From positions 37,014,001 through 37,078,000 of the forward strand of contig CM022670.1 of NCBI GenBank assembly GCA_012295275.1: a stretch of 64,000 bases of DNA, given 5' to 3'. Origin of the DNA: Chrysomallon squamiferum (lineage: Eukaryota > Animalia > Mollusca). The notes below the pieces were generated by a model that did no database searches, was not told the origin of the DNA, and worked only from the letters and a program-made list of their open reading frames with translations. Below, in pieces: positions 1 through 14,000 of the stretch. Position 1 is the first letter of the stretch; the number at the start of each line of letters is the position of its first letter. Position numbers and translations under genes: made by a program.

Positions 1-39
1 ATTAAGAACCCATCTAGTTAAAAAAAAAAAAAGCAATCC

Positions 40-71
<32 letters not shown>

Positions 72-2089
72 TATTTTTCTTCTTTTAACCTAATTATTAC
101 CATGAAAGAACCGAATACTCTAAAAATGTATCGATTTATTTACATACAAGTCTTTGTTCGTTTTAAATCATTGCTTCACATTGTATAGATCCATTATCAT
201 CACGTGTATAGATATATTTTACTGGTTGATTTTTTCTTTCTGGAACTAGGGTAACTATAAATAATTTTAATGGGTTTTATTTTTAATTCTTGAATGGATA
301 TAAAAGTATTCGTACTTAAGAGATGTTACTGAGTATTTGGATATCTGGAATTCAAAGGATTTTTTTTTTTTATTTTTTTTAAATTATTTTTTTGTTTTAC
401 GTATTTATTATTTACATATACATAATATTAGTAATAATAAGTTTTTTCTTGTTTTGTTTTGTATATGTATATATTATTCACAGTTTATTCATCTTGATTG
501 TAGAAAGGTATGATTACTTTATCATTCCATCGGTAGGTATATTTCCAGATCGGACCACCCAAGACGCATACACAAAGAGCACGTATTTATGCACTATTCG
601 TATACACAATACAGACACAGAATAGAAAAAGAGGTAATGCTAAAGAGCAAAAGATTAATGTTCATGTTAACTAAAATATAGTTTTCGTAGAAAATATGTA
701 ACAAAGCAGTGAACTGAAATCATCAGTGATAAAAACTAGACATTATTTGCACAGTATTTCACTTCAATTGTCTTTGAAAATTTTATACAATATGGATTGT
801 TCTCATTATTTCTATAAAAAAAACTGTCAACTAATTATTAAACAGTGTAAGAAATTAAATGATGGAAGGAGTTATATTACTAATAAGAAAATCAACGCGC
901 ACACTTAAACCCAAGATTTCAGAAGAAAGAAAGAAACAACATTAAAATTAATATGATTTTTTTCAGTGGTTCAAATTTCATTACAAAGGAAAACAACAAC
1001 AAGAACAGAAAAAATAATAAAAAGAATAGAATATAATAGAATAGAATAAAAGGAATAAATAGAATAAAATAAGAATTAGATGGTATTTCCATATAAACAT
1101 TGTCACACACAGACACACATACATTTAAATATAAATCTGTCACATGAATACATATGATTTAACAGAATGCAATAGTCTTGTTTATTTAAACCCTTTGTTT
1201 AATTATACTATTCGCTGTCATACAAACTGATTTAAAATATTTCAGCATAATGTAATAAATTATTTTTTTTTCTTTTCGAAAGTCTTTGTGTATTTATTAC
1301 AGTCTACATTTGTTTACCGCACTTGCAGGAGTATTAAATCTTACAACAAATGTTTGTCTTTAATTATCGATTCAGTTGCTGTAATATATAATTGAATTTT
1401 CAAAGTAATGCTTTGTACTGGATAAATATTTCTCAAATACTGCTTTTGTTCTGACATATTTTTTGAGGGATCATTTTTAATATGAAAACATCAACAACAA
1501 AAAGAAAAAGAAAAAGAAAAAAGAAACAGTAACAACAACATTAAAGTCGGTGTATCATAATCTTGCAGTTAACTCAAAAACGAAGGAATGTCTAATGATA
1601 ACTCAACACAGTTTTCTTAAATCGTTACATGTGTATGTGTGTATCTGAGTGTCCGTGAATATGAGTGTGCGTGTGTGTGTGTCCGGTAAAACACTAAAAA
1701 TAATGGCAACATATATCTAAATAAATTTTTATATTTTCCGCTAATTGTTTAATTGCTGGTTTAAATCTTAAAAGACCATTTTGGAAACATGCAAAAAATT
1801 GCAAATAAATTGTTGTTATTTAAGAACTATTTTGTTTAGCGAAAACGAAATCAGTGCTCGTGAATCTACTACTACTCTTGAAAGCTGTGGGCTGAACAAT
1901 AAAAGTTAACATCATTTCTTTTTGTCTTTATTTATCTTTTAATTAGGATTTCAGTATAAAAGAAATAACTAACTACTGACTGAATGTATCAGCTTTAATC
2001 TACTCGAATCGATAAAGATAAAGATAAAGCTGAAACCTTAAGAGAGTAACCAGTTATTATGATTACGTAAAGACACGCACAATAGATAA

Positions 2090-2263
2090 CGTAAACAGAA
2101 CCGATGGACATTGAGAATCACCGTTAGGAAACCATACGAAGAAGAATAGTGACAACATGGTTGAGAGAGTACTGGAAAGGAACCAGAGGATAACGCAAGA
2201 GAGGAATATATGGAGAAAAATAATACTGAGACTTTAGCTCAACAACAGGACACTACAGCTTCT

Positions 2264-2300
<37 letters not shown>

Positions 2301-2305
2301 AATGA
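2090..2305 (+). mobile_element. Degenerate 3' end of an RTE-like LINE with (TGA)n tail
   Basis: Frameshifted fragments NRWTLRITVRKPYE / EYWKGT / QRITQERNIWRK / ETLAQQQDTTAS* resemble RTE-clade ORF C-termini as I recall them (..RWT..T.W.P...W...AQDR..W...EAFAQ..). They are followed directly by a (TGA)n microsatellite tail at about 2264-2305. Confidence 0.6.
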
Positions 2306-4244
2306 TACGCACGAGTGAACCCGCTGCCACCAGTCAGATGGTTATTCATGTCAGTAAGTGAAAACAACAAGAAACAGGAGACCGTTAAATAGAGCATAAA
2401 ACACAGCCTTGATAAATTCATCGCGAGGCTCAGGTATAAACGGGTATTAGCTCATGAAAGTGAATCAGTGATAACTGATCCTGCGGCGCATTACGTAAAA
2501 CTGCTGGTGTAACCAACACAGATAAACCTGGCTCGCGTTGCACAGACGTTCTTACTTATTTTTAGACGAGCACGCTTGTTATCGAAGTCAGATAATTTCA
2601 ACGTTATCTAAGAATGCTCAGATATCAATTCCAGAATGCGAAATTCATGTTAATATAAAGAATAAGCGCGAATTCTTTAAAAAAAAAAAAAAAAAATCCA
2701 TTAAAATAATGAATACTTATAATATTTAATGTGTTTGTTTGTGTGTCTTTATATATATAGATAGATAGATAGATATATAGATAGATAGATAGATAGATAG
2801 ATACGTGTGCACACACATTCACACACACTTATAAATACATACTGCTGCAGCCTTATCCTTTTAAAAATGTTGCTTACAGTGTCGTTTTCAGAGAGGACGT
2901 AGTGACTGTCGTCCTTCCACCTGGTTGCAGCTGTTATGAGATTACTACCATTTATCCGACTACGCCAGGGATGAAACGATGCTGGCGTTCAGCATTCGAG
3001 TGCATTGATGGTTTTATTTATACGAAAATTAAATTCCGATAACACTGACAAATTTGAAATATTCATGAGTAGGGGAGGAGGAGGTAAGAGATGCCATTTT
3101 CCAGTTAAGTCCAAGGTATCACCACTTCCAAAAAAAAAAAAATGAGCCACACAGAAAAAGATCTTCTTCATATTACGAGGGCAATATTATCACAAAAGCA
3201 TTTCTCATAATGGGTGTGGTGGTGGGGTGTGAAAATGTTTTGTAAAGTGGCACAACTTATGGGGTAAATTAGGATAAGATGTGCCAGCTGTGGAAATGGC
3301 AATAACATTGGTTTATAACACGTTTGTTTATTGTTTGTGATAAATTTATTTACTGCAAAATAAGAACGTTTTCAACCGGGTTTTTTTTTTCTAATTCTGA
3401 ACCAAAATGTGATAGCTCTGGCTAAAACACACATCAAAACTGATACAAAACTTATACTAACCATCCCCCCTCAAAAAAATTAAAAATATGGATATCTGAA
3501 AGGTTATAGAATATTCTAACCTATTTTCACAAATTCTGTGCTATAATATTGGCCCTCCCTTCGAGTAATAATGTCCTACTATATCTAAAACTGCAATGGA
3601 AACGAACTGACATAAAAAGGAACATTTAAACAAATTATATACTAGAACAATGACATGATTTGACATGTATTCTAAATCTAATCTTCACAGTATTGTCATT
3701 GCCCTTTCTTGTAAACAAATCTAAAATGTATAGATGTTGTTCACAGTTTTCTTTGTCGGCCTGTACGTGAATTAAGCCAGTATGTAGACAAGCTACCATT
3801 TTTTTTTAAAGGTTTTATATATGCATACGAGTTGGCAGGATTTTTGGGCAGATCCTCCAGATCTGCCTTGGTCCTGTGAATTTGGAATAAATGAAACATC
3901 TTCAGGAACTGACCATGCGAGCCACCTTTTGCAAGAATCCACGATCAAATCCATCATCATCTACAACATCAACCACAGCAATGCAGTGCTTACTGCTTGA
4001 TTTTCTTGCAGCCTTCACTGGTTTCCATGTGAACGCACCCAGGCACCCATCGTTGTGTTGTAAAAGCATGCTTAAAGGGGCCGTAAACAGCCCGATTTAG
4101 GGGCTCTAGGAGATAAGATGTGTGCGGAGGCCATGTAGAAAGGATCAGAATCCAAGAAACATTGCGTCAAACATAATTTAAATGAAAGCTTACTCATCTC
4201 TTACATGCTTCATTGGACAGGGTTAAAATATTTTAATAATATCA

Positions 4245-4344
<100 letters not shown>

Positions 4345-4634
4345 TTTGTGAGAAATGAAGTATTTAAACAGTTTTAGTTGAAACTGAATAAATCTTCCAG
4401 CAATGAACTGTTAACGTATTGATTACCATTAATACAAGGATGAAATGTAAGTGAATTACGCGCATCAATTATCATAAATGCACACACTCATAATGTTAGA
4501 TAACTCTTAAATAGTCTGTCGGGTTTTTTTTTCTCACGAACCTAGATATGAAAGAGACGATTATTCGAAATCTAAAAAAATACCTAACAACTCTAAGACA
4601 TATAAAGACAGGAAACAGACGATTATATATAAAA

Positions 4635-4673
<39 letters not shown>

Positions 4674-5399
4674 AAAAAAGTTCCAAAATAATATGGATGT
4701 ATGTGTTTTCCAAGCAGTCGATTTACAATAGCATCGTCTCTCTCTCTCTCTCTCTTCTTTTCTTTCGATTTTCTTTTAATTTTTGAAAATATTTATTCGT
4801 TTATTTTTTCTTCCAAAAAATTAATGATATTGTACATTTTTGACAAGTTATGACTACCAGTTCAGTAAATAAATATAGCAGCCAGCGTAGATTCCACATA
4901 TTATAACAATCTCTTTACTAGAGAAAGTAATCAACGACGACCACCACCACCATAACAACAACAACAACAACAACAACAAAAGGAGAAGAGGAAAAATATA
5001 AGATTATATAAATTATGCAGACAACTGAAAACTCTAGGCATCTGCCAGTGCTTACATCCTTTAAATTAGACCGAATTAGGTAGATACAAAGTATACGTTT
5101 ACTAATACTTTAATTAACAAATGAATATATAATATACACAAATTAGTTGAGCGTATTTTAAATGGTACATTTAATAAAAAGTAACGGTTTGGATTAGAAT
5201 TATTTGTTTAGTTTTTGTTAGCTAAGATGGCATAGGCCTTATTAGCTATTTCATTTAAATATCCAAAATATCCTATAATAAAGACTATTAGAATATAATA
5301 CTTATAGTTAAATAACTAATGAACATATAAAAATTTCGTTCCTTAAATCGTTTTTCTTTTCATTATTTGTTTTCTTTATAAGTTCAATATGTACAAATT

Positions 5400-6550
5400 T
5401 AGGCCTACAGTTGTCTCCTGGTGTACTCTGCAGTACAGACGCCATTTTAAGCAGATATAGGAAGTTAGCATTTCTTATTGTACGTAGACAACAGCGTAAG
5501 CTGCTATCATTAGTTCACTGTCAATTTCGTGAGTATGCTAAAACATAGGTTGATTAACATTATGTTTAATAAATGTTAACGGCAACACACCTATTATTAC
5601 TGAGATTTATTTTTCTCTAAAATATTTCTGATCGTAAAGAGTAATATATATGTAAAGCATACACCAACACATGTATGCACACAGTGAAACGACAGCCTAT
5701 CGCTGACGGGATAAAAGTGCGATAATGTAACAATCTCTATTGATTTTTTTTTATTTCATTTTTTTCTATGTTCATGTATTTGTAACGATATACAAAATAA
5801 TGCATGTATTGCAGTTAACATTTACAGCGTCTGTTTCTGCTGTTCATTCATCGTTTTGTGTTCTAAGAACACTAATATCTGACATCAAACGTAACTGAAT
5901 TTTCGACAGTTTATTTTCTGTTGTTAGGAGTCCATATCGGCTGGCCTACTTAGTTATTTTCTGTCATGTGACACTACACGTGGCTAAGTCTAAGCCCAGT
6001 CAATTTCCCAGGCTGCACTACGCAACACATTTATATTTTACAATATGGCGGATATATAGTAAGTTCGACTTTGATAAATAATTTTAGTCTTATTCTTGTC
6101 CGTGGTAATTCAGATTTTCACCGGCTATCAAAGTTTGATTCATCTGTTTATATTCTAAGTATCTGAAATAAACGCGGGGCGTATTTCGGCTGCGTGTGAT
6201 GAATACCTCTAAAGAATGTTAACGCTTATAAGAGCATAAACACAGTTACAGTGTAACTGAGTGTTGGATCGACTCTTAGCGAAGAATGCTGTAGTTTGTT
6301 ATATGTATGGTTACCAAATAATCGCACTGGCGTTATTTCGAGAAATACCGTTATATAGAATGTATAATAATTTTTCGACTTAGATAGACAGACATTTTCA
6401 CAATTAAGTATAAATAAAACTTTGCGTGTCTACAGTTCCCGCCTTATAGACCAAATAATAAGAGTGCGGCGGGTTTATATAACGGAGAGGCGCGCGTGCT
6501 GGCTTTGTGGTCTCATTAAGGTGAAAATGAAGATTCTTTGATTTATTGCA
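5400..6550. promoter_or_regulatory. CpG-enriched promoter region of the MGA-like gene, possibly bidirectional
   Basis: YY1-like AAnATGGCG motifs on + (6042-6050) and on - (GACGCCATTTT 5438-5448), each followed by a GT donor on its own strand. CACGTG at 5977-5982, TTCCCGCC at 6436-6443. Candidate first-exon donors at 6058|GTAAGT and 6550|GTAAGA. Confidence 0.5.
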
Positions 6551-6918
6551 GTAAGAGTTTATTTATTTATTTAATTAATACGAGCAGTGTCTACCGATAA
6601 ACTATAATTGTAATAATAAGAAGAAATAATAACACTTTTATTTTATTATTTTTAAAATATTCGTTTTGAGTAAGTTTTCGGCCTGATGTTAATGAAATAT
6701 TTAGACACGTCAAACATTTTAAGGTATTGTGATTTGGTTGAAGTTTGTTAAACTTCAAAATTATTAAATAATATAAATTAAAGCGAATTCTTTAAAAACG
6801 TACGGCGATACCAGATGATTTTTAATTTTCTTTTTTAAAAACCAAACTGTTACGTAATGTTTTTTTATTAGTAATTTTTAACGTTTGAAACGCATTGAAA
6901 ATGTTTTTAATATAACAA

Positions 6919-6979
<61 letters not shown>

Positions 6980-8090
6980 CATCCTTTATAAAAAAAAGTA
7001 TATCTGTCAAACTCATAACTGTAATGCCTATTCACATTCTTCTTTAGGAATTTGTTAAATTAATTTTCCATAACTGTCTTTTCAGAGTTCACAACTTAAT
7101 ATGTTTGGTGATACTAGAATGCAGAGACTTTTTCTCTTTCCATATAACCAACAGTATTGAAGATTTATGTTCTAATAAAAAGAGGTAATGCTTCTTCTTT
7201 TTCTTTTCAGATGTAATTACCCACACAAACAACAGCAAATTCCCCCCAAAAAACACCAACAACAACAAACCCCCTGAAACCCCCCAATATTTTTATAATA
7301 CTCATATATACAATTCAGTTCTGTCTTATCTAGCAAAAAGCCTTGGTATGTACTGCCCTATCATATCATTTTTTTGTGTGTCTGTTTCTGTAACTGAATA
7401 TGAAACAAAATATATCAAAGGATTACTGAAAGAGAATGAATGGTTGTAAGTACAAATGTTTAATGGTCTGGCACTGGGTTGAATTATTTTTATGTTATCT
7501 TTCTGTTGCTGATGAAAATACAAAATGCTGCCTATAAGCAAAATTACCAAAAATACTTCTTAAGACCAACAAATTCTGTTTGAATATGCCATTAGTTACT
7601 TGACCTTGATTTGTCCTTCAGTAGTCACATTGATTACTATTTGAAGTTACTTTGCATGTAATCAATGGTACAAGTATAACTATTAAAAAAAACTACACTT
7701 AATTAATCTGTTATTGATTTTCATATTCATTTTGAGCCTTGACTTGAGTGATTTTTTTCTGTGATTGTTAAAAGTATACTTAATTATATATACTTTTCTC
7801 TGACCTAGTAAAAAATAAAATACATTTACAAATGATTTATATATTAAGCCATGTTTAAATGATAAATTACCTATTTTCTTAAATTCCATTAGCAAATAAA
7901 GAATTTGGAATCATTTCTTTGAAGTAATGGATCCATTTGGACTAAACATTGCCAAAGTAATAAATAATACCAGAGATCGTGTCAAAGTGTTTATTTAATT
8001 ACAAGATGTTCCAAAACTACAACATTTATTGGATATTTATTTTGTTCCTTAAAATATCACGGTAGTATTTTGGTTGCTTTCAGAAGTATA

Positions 8091-11000
8091 ATGGCTAGGA
8101 CAAAACGACAGGTTCTGCTGAATGCAGCGAAAAAACAGCGTCGACATGGTTTGATGCGGGAAGCAGCTGGGATAATTGACCCTCCACAGTCATGGGATCC
8201 AGTGAGTCATAACCGTCGAGCTGGTGCTCAGGATAAAACTGAAATTCATGCCACGAGTCCAACAGCAAAGAAAACTGATTACGCGCAAAGAGATTTACAG
8301 AAATCATTTGATCCAAAACAAAAGAATACATCCAACAAGGGTCCAAATGAAAAAATTGAAACGGTTACCTCGTCCTCAAGCTACTTAGATCAGAAATCAT
8401 TAAAACGAAGGCCACTGGATTCATCTTTATCACCGACACTTGGCAGTGTCAGACAGTTGAAGCTGACAGCAAGGAAGTCAACAAATTGTGATAAACAGGC
8501 TGAAGCAGAGCAGATTATAGCTGCTTTGATGAACAGTCCCCATAAAACATCTAGTACTTCTGAAACATTGTGCAACAGTCCAATCTTGCCCATATCAACT
8601 AGTACACCTAAAAATACAGCGAGAAAATCCATATCCAGGCCTGTCTTTGCAAAAAAGCAAAGAGCCAGGAAATCATTTTCAGAAAGTAAGAATCTTAATT
8701 TTAAATGGAACATAACCAATATGATTTATCTCTTTATATGCCTAATCTATAATATAATATTTGTCTGGTTAAAAATCTTGAAGTCCATTTCAAATGATCA
8801 ATTAATGTTATTAGAATCTTCTATCAGAAATATACCAAATAAGGTCAAGGTCATTTGTGTAATTTTATAACATAGACAAATTTATCAGCAGAAAGTCAAA
8901 AGTCTGGGGCTCTAATACAGATACTGCTAAAAATTTGTGTTTGTTTTGGGGTAAGAATTAAAGGAACTTTTACATAAAATAGACCTACTTACCATCTTTT
9001 ACAAATAATCAAAATTTAGTATTGTGATAGTGTAATTGATATTTTAGGTTTCTGGTATTTATATATAAACATAGCAATGGAATTTATTATTGAAACAGGT
9101 AGCTGATACTTTATAAAGTTTTTGGTATAATAAATTTCAATTATATTCTATTGAATCTTGATAACAAAAAACAATTTTTGATTATTTTCAGACTCCTCTT
9201 TCCATCAACATTTGATAACGAACACAAATGATGATGAATCGTTTTGTCTGAAAGTCTTTCCAAGTGTACATGAAGCTGTGCTAACACTGCCCAAGTCAGA
9301 AAAACTTCCTGTTGCACTTGTGTGTATAAAAGATGTGTTGAGAACTCCAAACAGTCTTTCAGTGTCAGATGTGACTGAACAAAATACACCTAAAAATTCA
9401 TCCCAAAGAAGGTCTGAAAAAGTAACTAATTCATTGCAAGAAGACTCTACTCCAAATCAGTTAATAAAATCACCTCATAAAATAAAGACAAAACGGGTGC
9501 AAAAGAATATATTTGATCAGTTTGAAAGTGAAATAAAACAAAATCCCAGGTGTTCAAAATCAAGACTGTCTGGTGAAAGGCTGAAAACTAATCAATCTTC
9601 TTTTGGTACTGGAGATGTTTGTTCTTCAACCAAATGTCCTGGAAAGGCAGAGTTGAAAGGAAGTCCAAAACATGGTGATAGTGGGAATTGCAGCAGGTAT
9701 TCTGGTAGTCCTGAAGCTAGTGGGTGTGTTTCAAATCAGAAAACCAATACATCTGCAAACAATACAAGTAATTATTGCCTTAGAGCTGAAAAGGACTCAA
9801 AAGGTGATACTGGGCAAGGTATTGAGAAAACTGTGAGAAATCGTTCCATTAGTCCAAGAAGTGACAGTAGACCTTTGCATGCAGGTTGTAAGAGCTCCAG
9901 AACTAGAGCGGTAAATTATGGCACTGTTTTATCAGAACAAAGAAATGATGGTACGTCTGAAAATAAAATCGATAAATGTTCAGATCAGGTTAATTCACTT
10001 ACCGATAAGATGTCAACAAATATGAAATCAGACAAAAAAATGGAATCACAGTCTGGAGAGAATAAAATACAGTCTGGTAGATGTAGGAAGAAAATGTCTA
10101 GTAAAAACATTGGTTCCAATTCAGAGGAATCACAGGTAAATGTAGATTCTGTATATACCCCCGAGCTTTCAAATCAGTGTGTTTGGCAAAACTGTGATAT
10201 TGGGCCAAAAAACGAAACATCATATACTCAAGACACTTCAAATTTGAAAAAAGAAACTAATACTAAGTTAACCTGTCTCAGAAACAAATCTATCAAAGAT
10301 TCAGATAAGTTGAAAACTAGTGCTTGCAATAGTAGTGAAAATCAGAAGTCAGGCAGCAACTTACTAGATCTAATATCTCGGGTAGGTAATCGTCTACAAG
10401 ACTCTCCAAGTTCTCTTGATTTTCTGAATGAGCCTCATGACTCACATGAAGACTCATCGTCTTCCATATCACTGAACAATAGTGATAGGGTTGATGAAGA
10501 GAATTCTGAGGAATTATCATTGGAAGTCCACTCTTCATCAGAAGAAGCACCACGTGAGAATTCAGTTTCACAAGATTCTCTCAACCCTGACAATGCTTTG
10601 ACAAAGGATCAGTGTGCTCTGAAGAGTCCAAGAAGTACATTACCTCAGAATGAATGCAGCAACTCTGAATGTGATAAGCTGGAAACTGATTCTTTTGAAA
10701 CAGAAAATAATTTAAAGAAAATGGTTGACGATTCTAGAAAGGATGATAATAATTCTGCATCATGTGATAAAAGTATTAAAGTAATCGAAAAGAACTGTAA
10801 TGCAGAATTAAAACAGGAATTGAAACCAATTAAAACAGAGAATATTAGTGACATTTCATGTTGTAAAAATATTTCTGAATTATGCCATGAATCCTTTGAA
10901 AGTTCTCTTCATTCTAGTCCTGATCAAGAGACAAGCAATGAGATTGATGAAGATGTGAAACAGGAAATTAAAAAGGAGGATGAGGTCAGTACAAAGGCAA

Positions 11001-14000
11001 ACATACACAAATGGGGTGATCCTGTTATGGCTGAGCCATCACCTCTGGATGTTTTATGCAAACCAGAAAAGAGCACTGCTGATAAAAGATCAGCTTTTAT
11101 AAGTGATGACCTTGATAGCTTTTTGTCAAAGGCTAAAAGTGAATCATTAAAACAGGAGAAGATAGATGAATATACGAAAATGACTGATATTTCAGAAAAT
11201 CAGGAAATTGATGAGAACAGCATGGTAGCATTTGAGCCTGATTTTGATGAAATAGAAGGTGTCCTTTTTCTCTCCTTTGCCAATGAAGAAGCTTTAAGAG
11301 CTCATATTGCTGTGGAAAAAAAGAATCACTGGGACAAAGATTCTAATTATTTCTGGGGAATATCAAGGTATAAAGCTTTTGAATTGCAACGAAAGGAGAA
11401 TAAACCTTATGAGAGGTCACCAGTTCTTCGTAATTTGCGTGGCAAACACATGAAATGGAAAAAATATAGACGACTATTAAGGAGGGAATTGAACATTTTG
11501 AGAAGTAATAATTTTCAGGCCGTTGTTAATAATTTCACTAATAAATTGCCAAGTAAAACCTCAGATGTTACAAAGATTAAAGGATGGAAAAAAAGGTTTA
11601 GTACTAAAGATCATTTTAAAAGTGATGTTGGATTGAATTTGTATGCATCTGGGAAGATTCACTGGAGAACAGAAGCTCGGTTATTACGTAACATGAAAGC
11701 AGATGACATCAAGGCTCTGGGGATAGAAATAAAGAAAAAACGGCGCAAGAATGTTATTTTTACAAACCGAAAACGTTCAACCAGAGATTATGAGAATCGA
11801 GATTTTGAAAACTTTTTTAACAAATTTGATGATTCTCAAGATATTACTAATATGACTGAAGATGATAATGAAGACACTGTTCTTTCATCTGGACATTCAT
11901 CCAGAGGAAGTGACTGTGAATACATATATGAATCTGACCATGCTTTAGAAGATGCATCAGAGTTCAAAAGACTTGGAGTAGTCAAGTCTGCAAACATAAG
12001 GAAAGATTTTGTCAGCCAGTTTAACTGGGATGATAAGGATGAAGAGATTCTCAAAAAGCTGGGAGGTCGTGTTAGAAACAGGCAGAAGAAAAGTGATTTG
12101 CAAGATGCACATGGAATCTTGTCAGACAGTGCTGAAACTTGTGTGTCGTCCGATGTTTCTGAACTTCCAAAGAAAAAGAAAACCCAGAAATTTATTCCTT
12201 TTGTGGTCCTTAGCAAAGTATCAGTGAGGGAAGCAGTAAAAGCCTTGTGTATAGAAGAAATACAACCGGATCATTCTACACGAGATTCTGTAATTTTACA
12301 AAGTGATGATACTTCTGGAACTGAAAATGTCTCTGCTGATTGCTCCAAGGAAACCATCGATTCTGCTGATGATATGTATCGAAATCGAAGTCAAGATCAT
12401 TCAAAGGAATGCGATAAGCCAGGTTTGAGTCTTATTATTTTTATTATATAAATTTAATGTTTACTAATTAAGTCATTTTATTTCTGAACATTCAGTTTGG
12501 TTCTTTCATAACATCATCTGATGCTTAGTTGCTTAGCTGTTAGATTAATTGACCTAAATGTATGGGATACCATTTAACAATGAATGACCAGTAATAATTT
12601 CATGTTACCTTTTTGGTTTTGGCTTAACATTATATTAATTATTTATGTAACTGTACAAACTTATATAAATGAATTTTATATAAATGTTTCAGTTTAAAGT
12701 ATAATAGTAGTTGACAGTAATTATATCAATAGTCATAAAGATCTCTGTTAATAGATTTAAATCCTAAATTGTTAATTTGTAGCTTGAATGTATGGGTTAG
12801 CATGTTTTTGCTTTTAATTGTGTTTTATTTTACCTCAGTACTTGTATTAAAAATATTTATTTTATTTGGCTTTCCAAATACTGCAAGGCTCTGGGTTATT
12901 TTTTTAATTATTTTTTTTGGGTTAAAATATATGTTTTGTTTTGTTTCCATCATCCTTAAATGCTTCTTCATTAACAAAGATACTGAATGGAATCATTAAC
13001 AACTGAAATAACATTACTTTTCAAAATTTAAAATACATTTCTGGCAAATAACGAATAAATTTTGTTGTGAGTTCAGGGTCCCACACCACAGTGTCTGTCT
13101 GTCTGTACTGTCTGTTCTTCCTTCTAACTTAACAATTTCTTATTGGATTTGCAGGGCACACATCCAAAAGTTGTGCTACAAGTAAGTATCAGCCAAACTA
13201 ATTATGGCTCAAACTGACCTATTTAAAACTTTTGTTGGCGTATTTTTTGTTTTGTTCTTGTTTATATTTTTATTTCAAAAATATAAACATTTAAAGCCAT
13301 AAATTTAACAATTTAAAAAGTAAAATGTTCTGTTTAAATTACATCTAGAAACTCACAATTTTTTTTTTTTTTTTTTAATATCCTATAATTATATTCATTA
13401 AAATTAATTCAAATAGGGCTTCATTCTTCATAACATTCTGTGCTAGGTCACCTTATTTTCAAATTTATTTGTTGTTGATACAGTTGTATTAGCAATAATT
13501 TTCTCATAAATTTGCCAGGACTTGATAAATTCAGCAAATATTTGGCAAGCATGTTAGATCATGTTGCTGCTACATGATGATCCCACTCAGAGTTGGATGG
13601 CCTTTACATTCAAGTAACAATTAACATTAATGTCATTTCCCATCAAAAATTAAATATGTAGGAGGAAAATTGAAAGGTCCAGGAAGTAACAAGTGTTTAA
13701 CTTGGTTGGGTCTGAATAATTTCCAATCATCTTCAGTCACCAGTTATGTAGATTTATCAAGTCCTGAATGATTTAAGCTGTAGAAATGAGACTTGTTTAT
13801 ACACTATTTATTAATCTTCTATGAAATATTGAACTTACTGGAGGCAGCTGAACAACATTTGTATGTATGACAGTTGTCTATATATTCTTAACCTGCTGGC
13901 TATAACAGAAGCTTGGCAGTATTCATGCAAGCTGACGTTTTTTAAATTAAACTATCAATTGTCAAAAAATGCTTAAAGAAAATTTAATTATTAATATATT

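Noticed and set aside
392-1143. Hydrophobic short ORFs
   Set aside because: Products of AT-rich low-complexity sequence; no motifs.
2239-2421. Minus-strand ORF resembling a signal peptide plus poly-His metal-binding peptide
   Set aside because: The poly-His is the antisense of the (TGA)n tail of the LINE relic; no independent support.
13574-13715. Possible intronic C/D snoRNA (ATGATGA ... CTGA)
   Set aside because: No clear terminal stem or recognisable rRNA-complementary guide.
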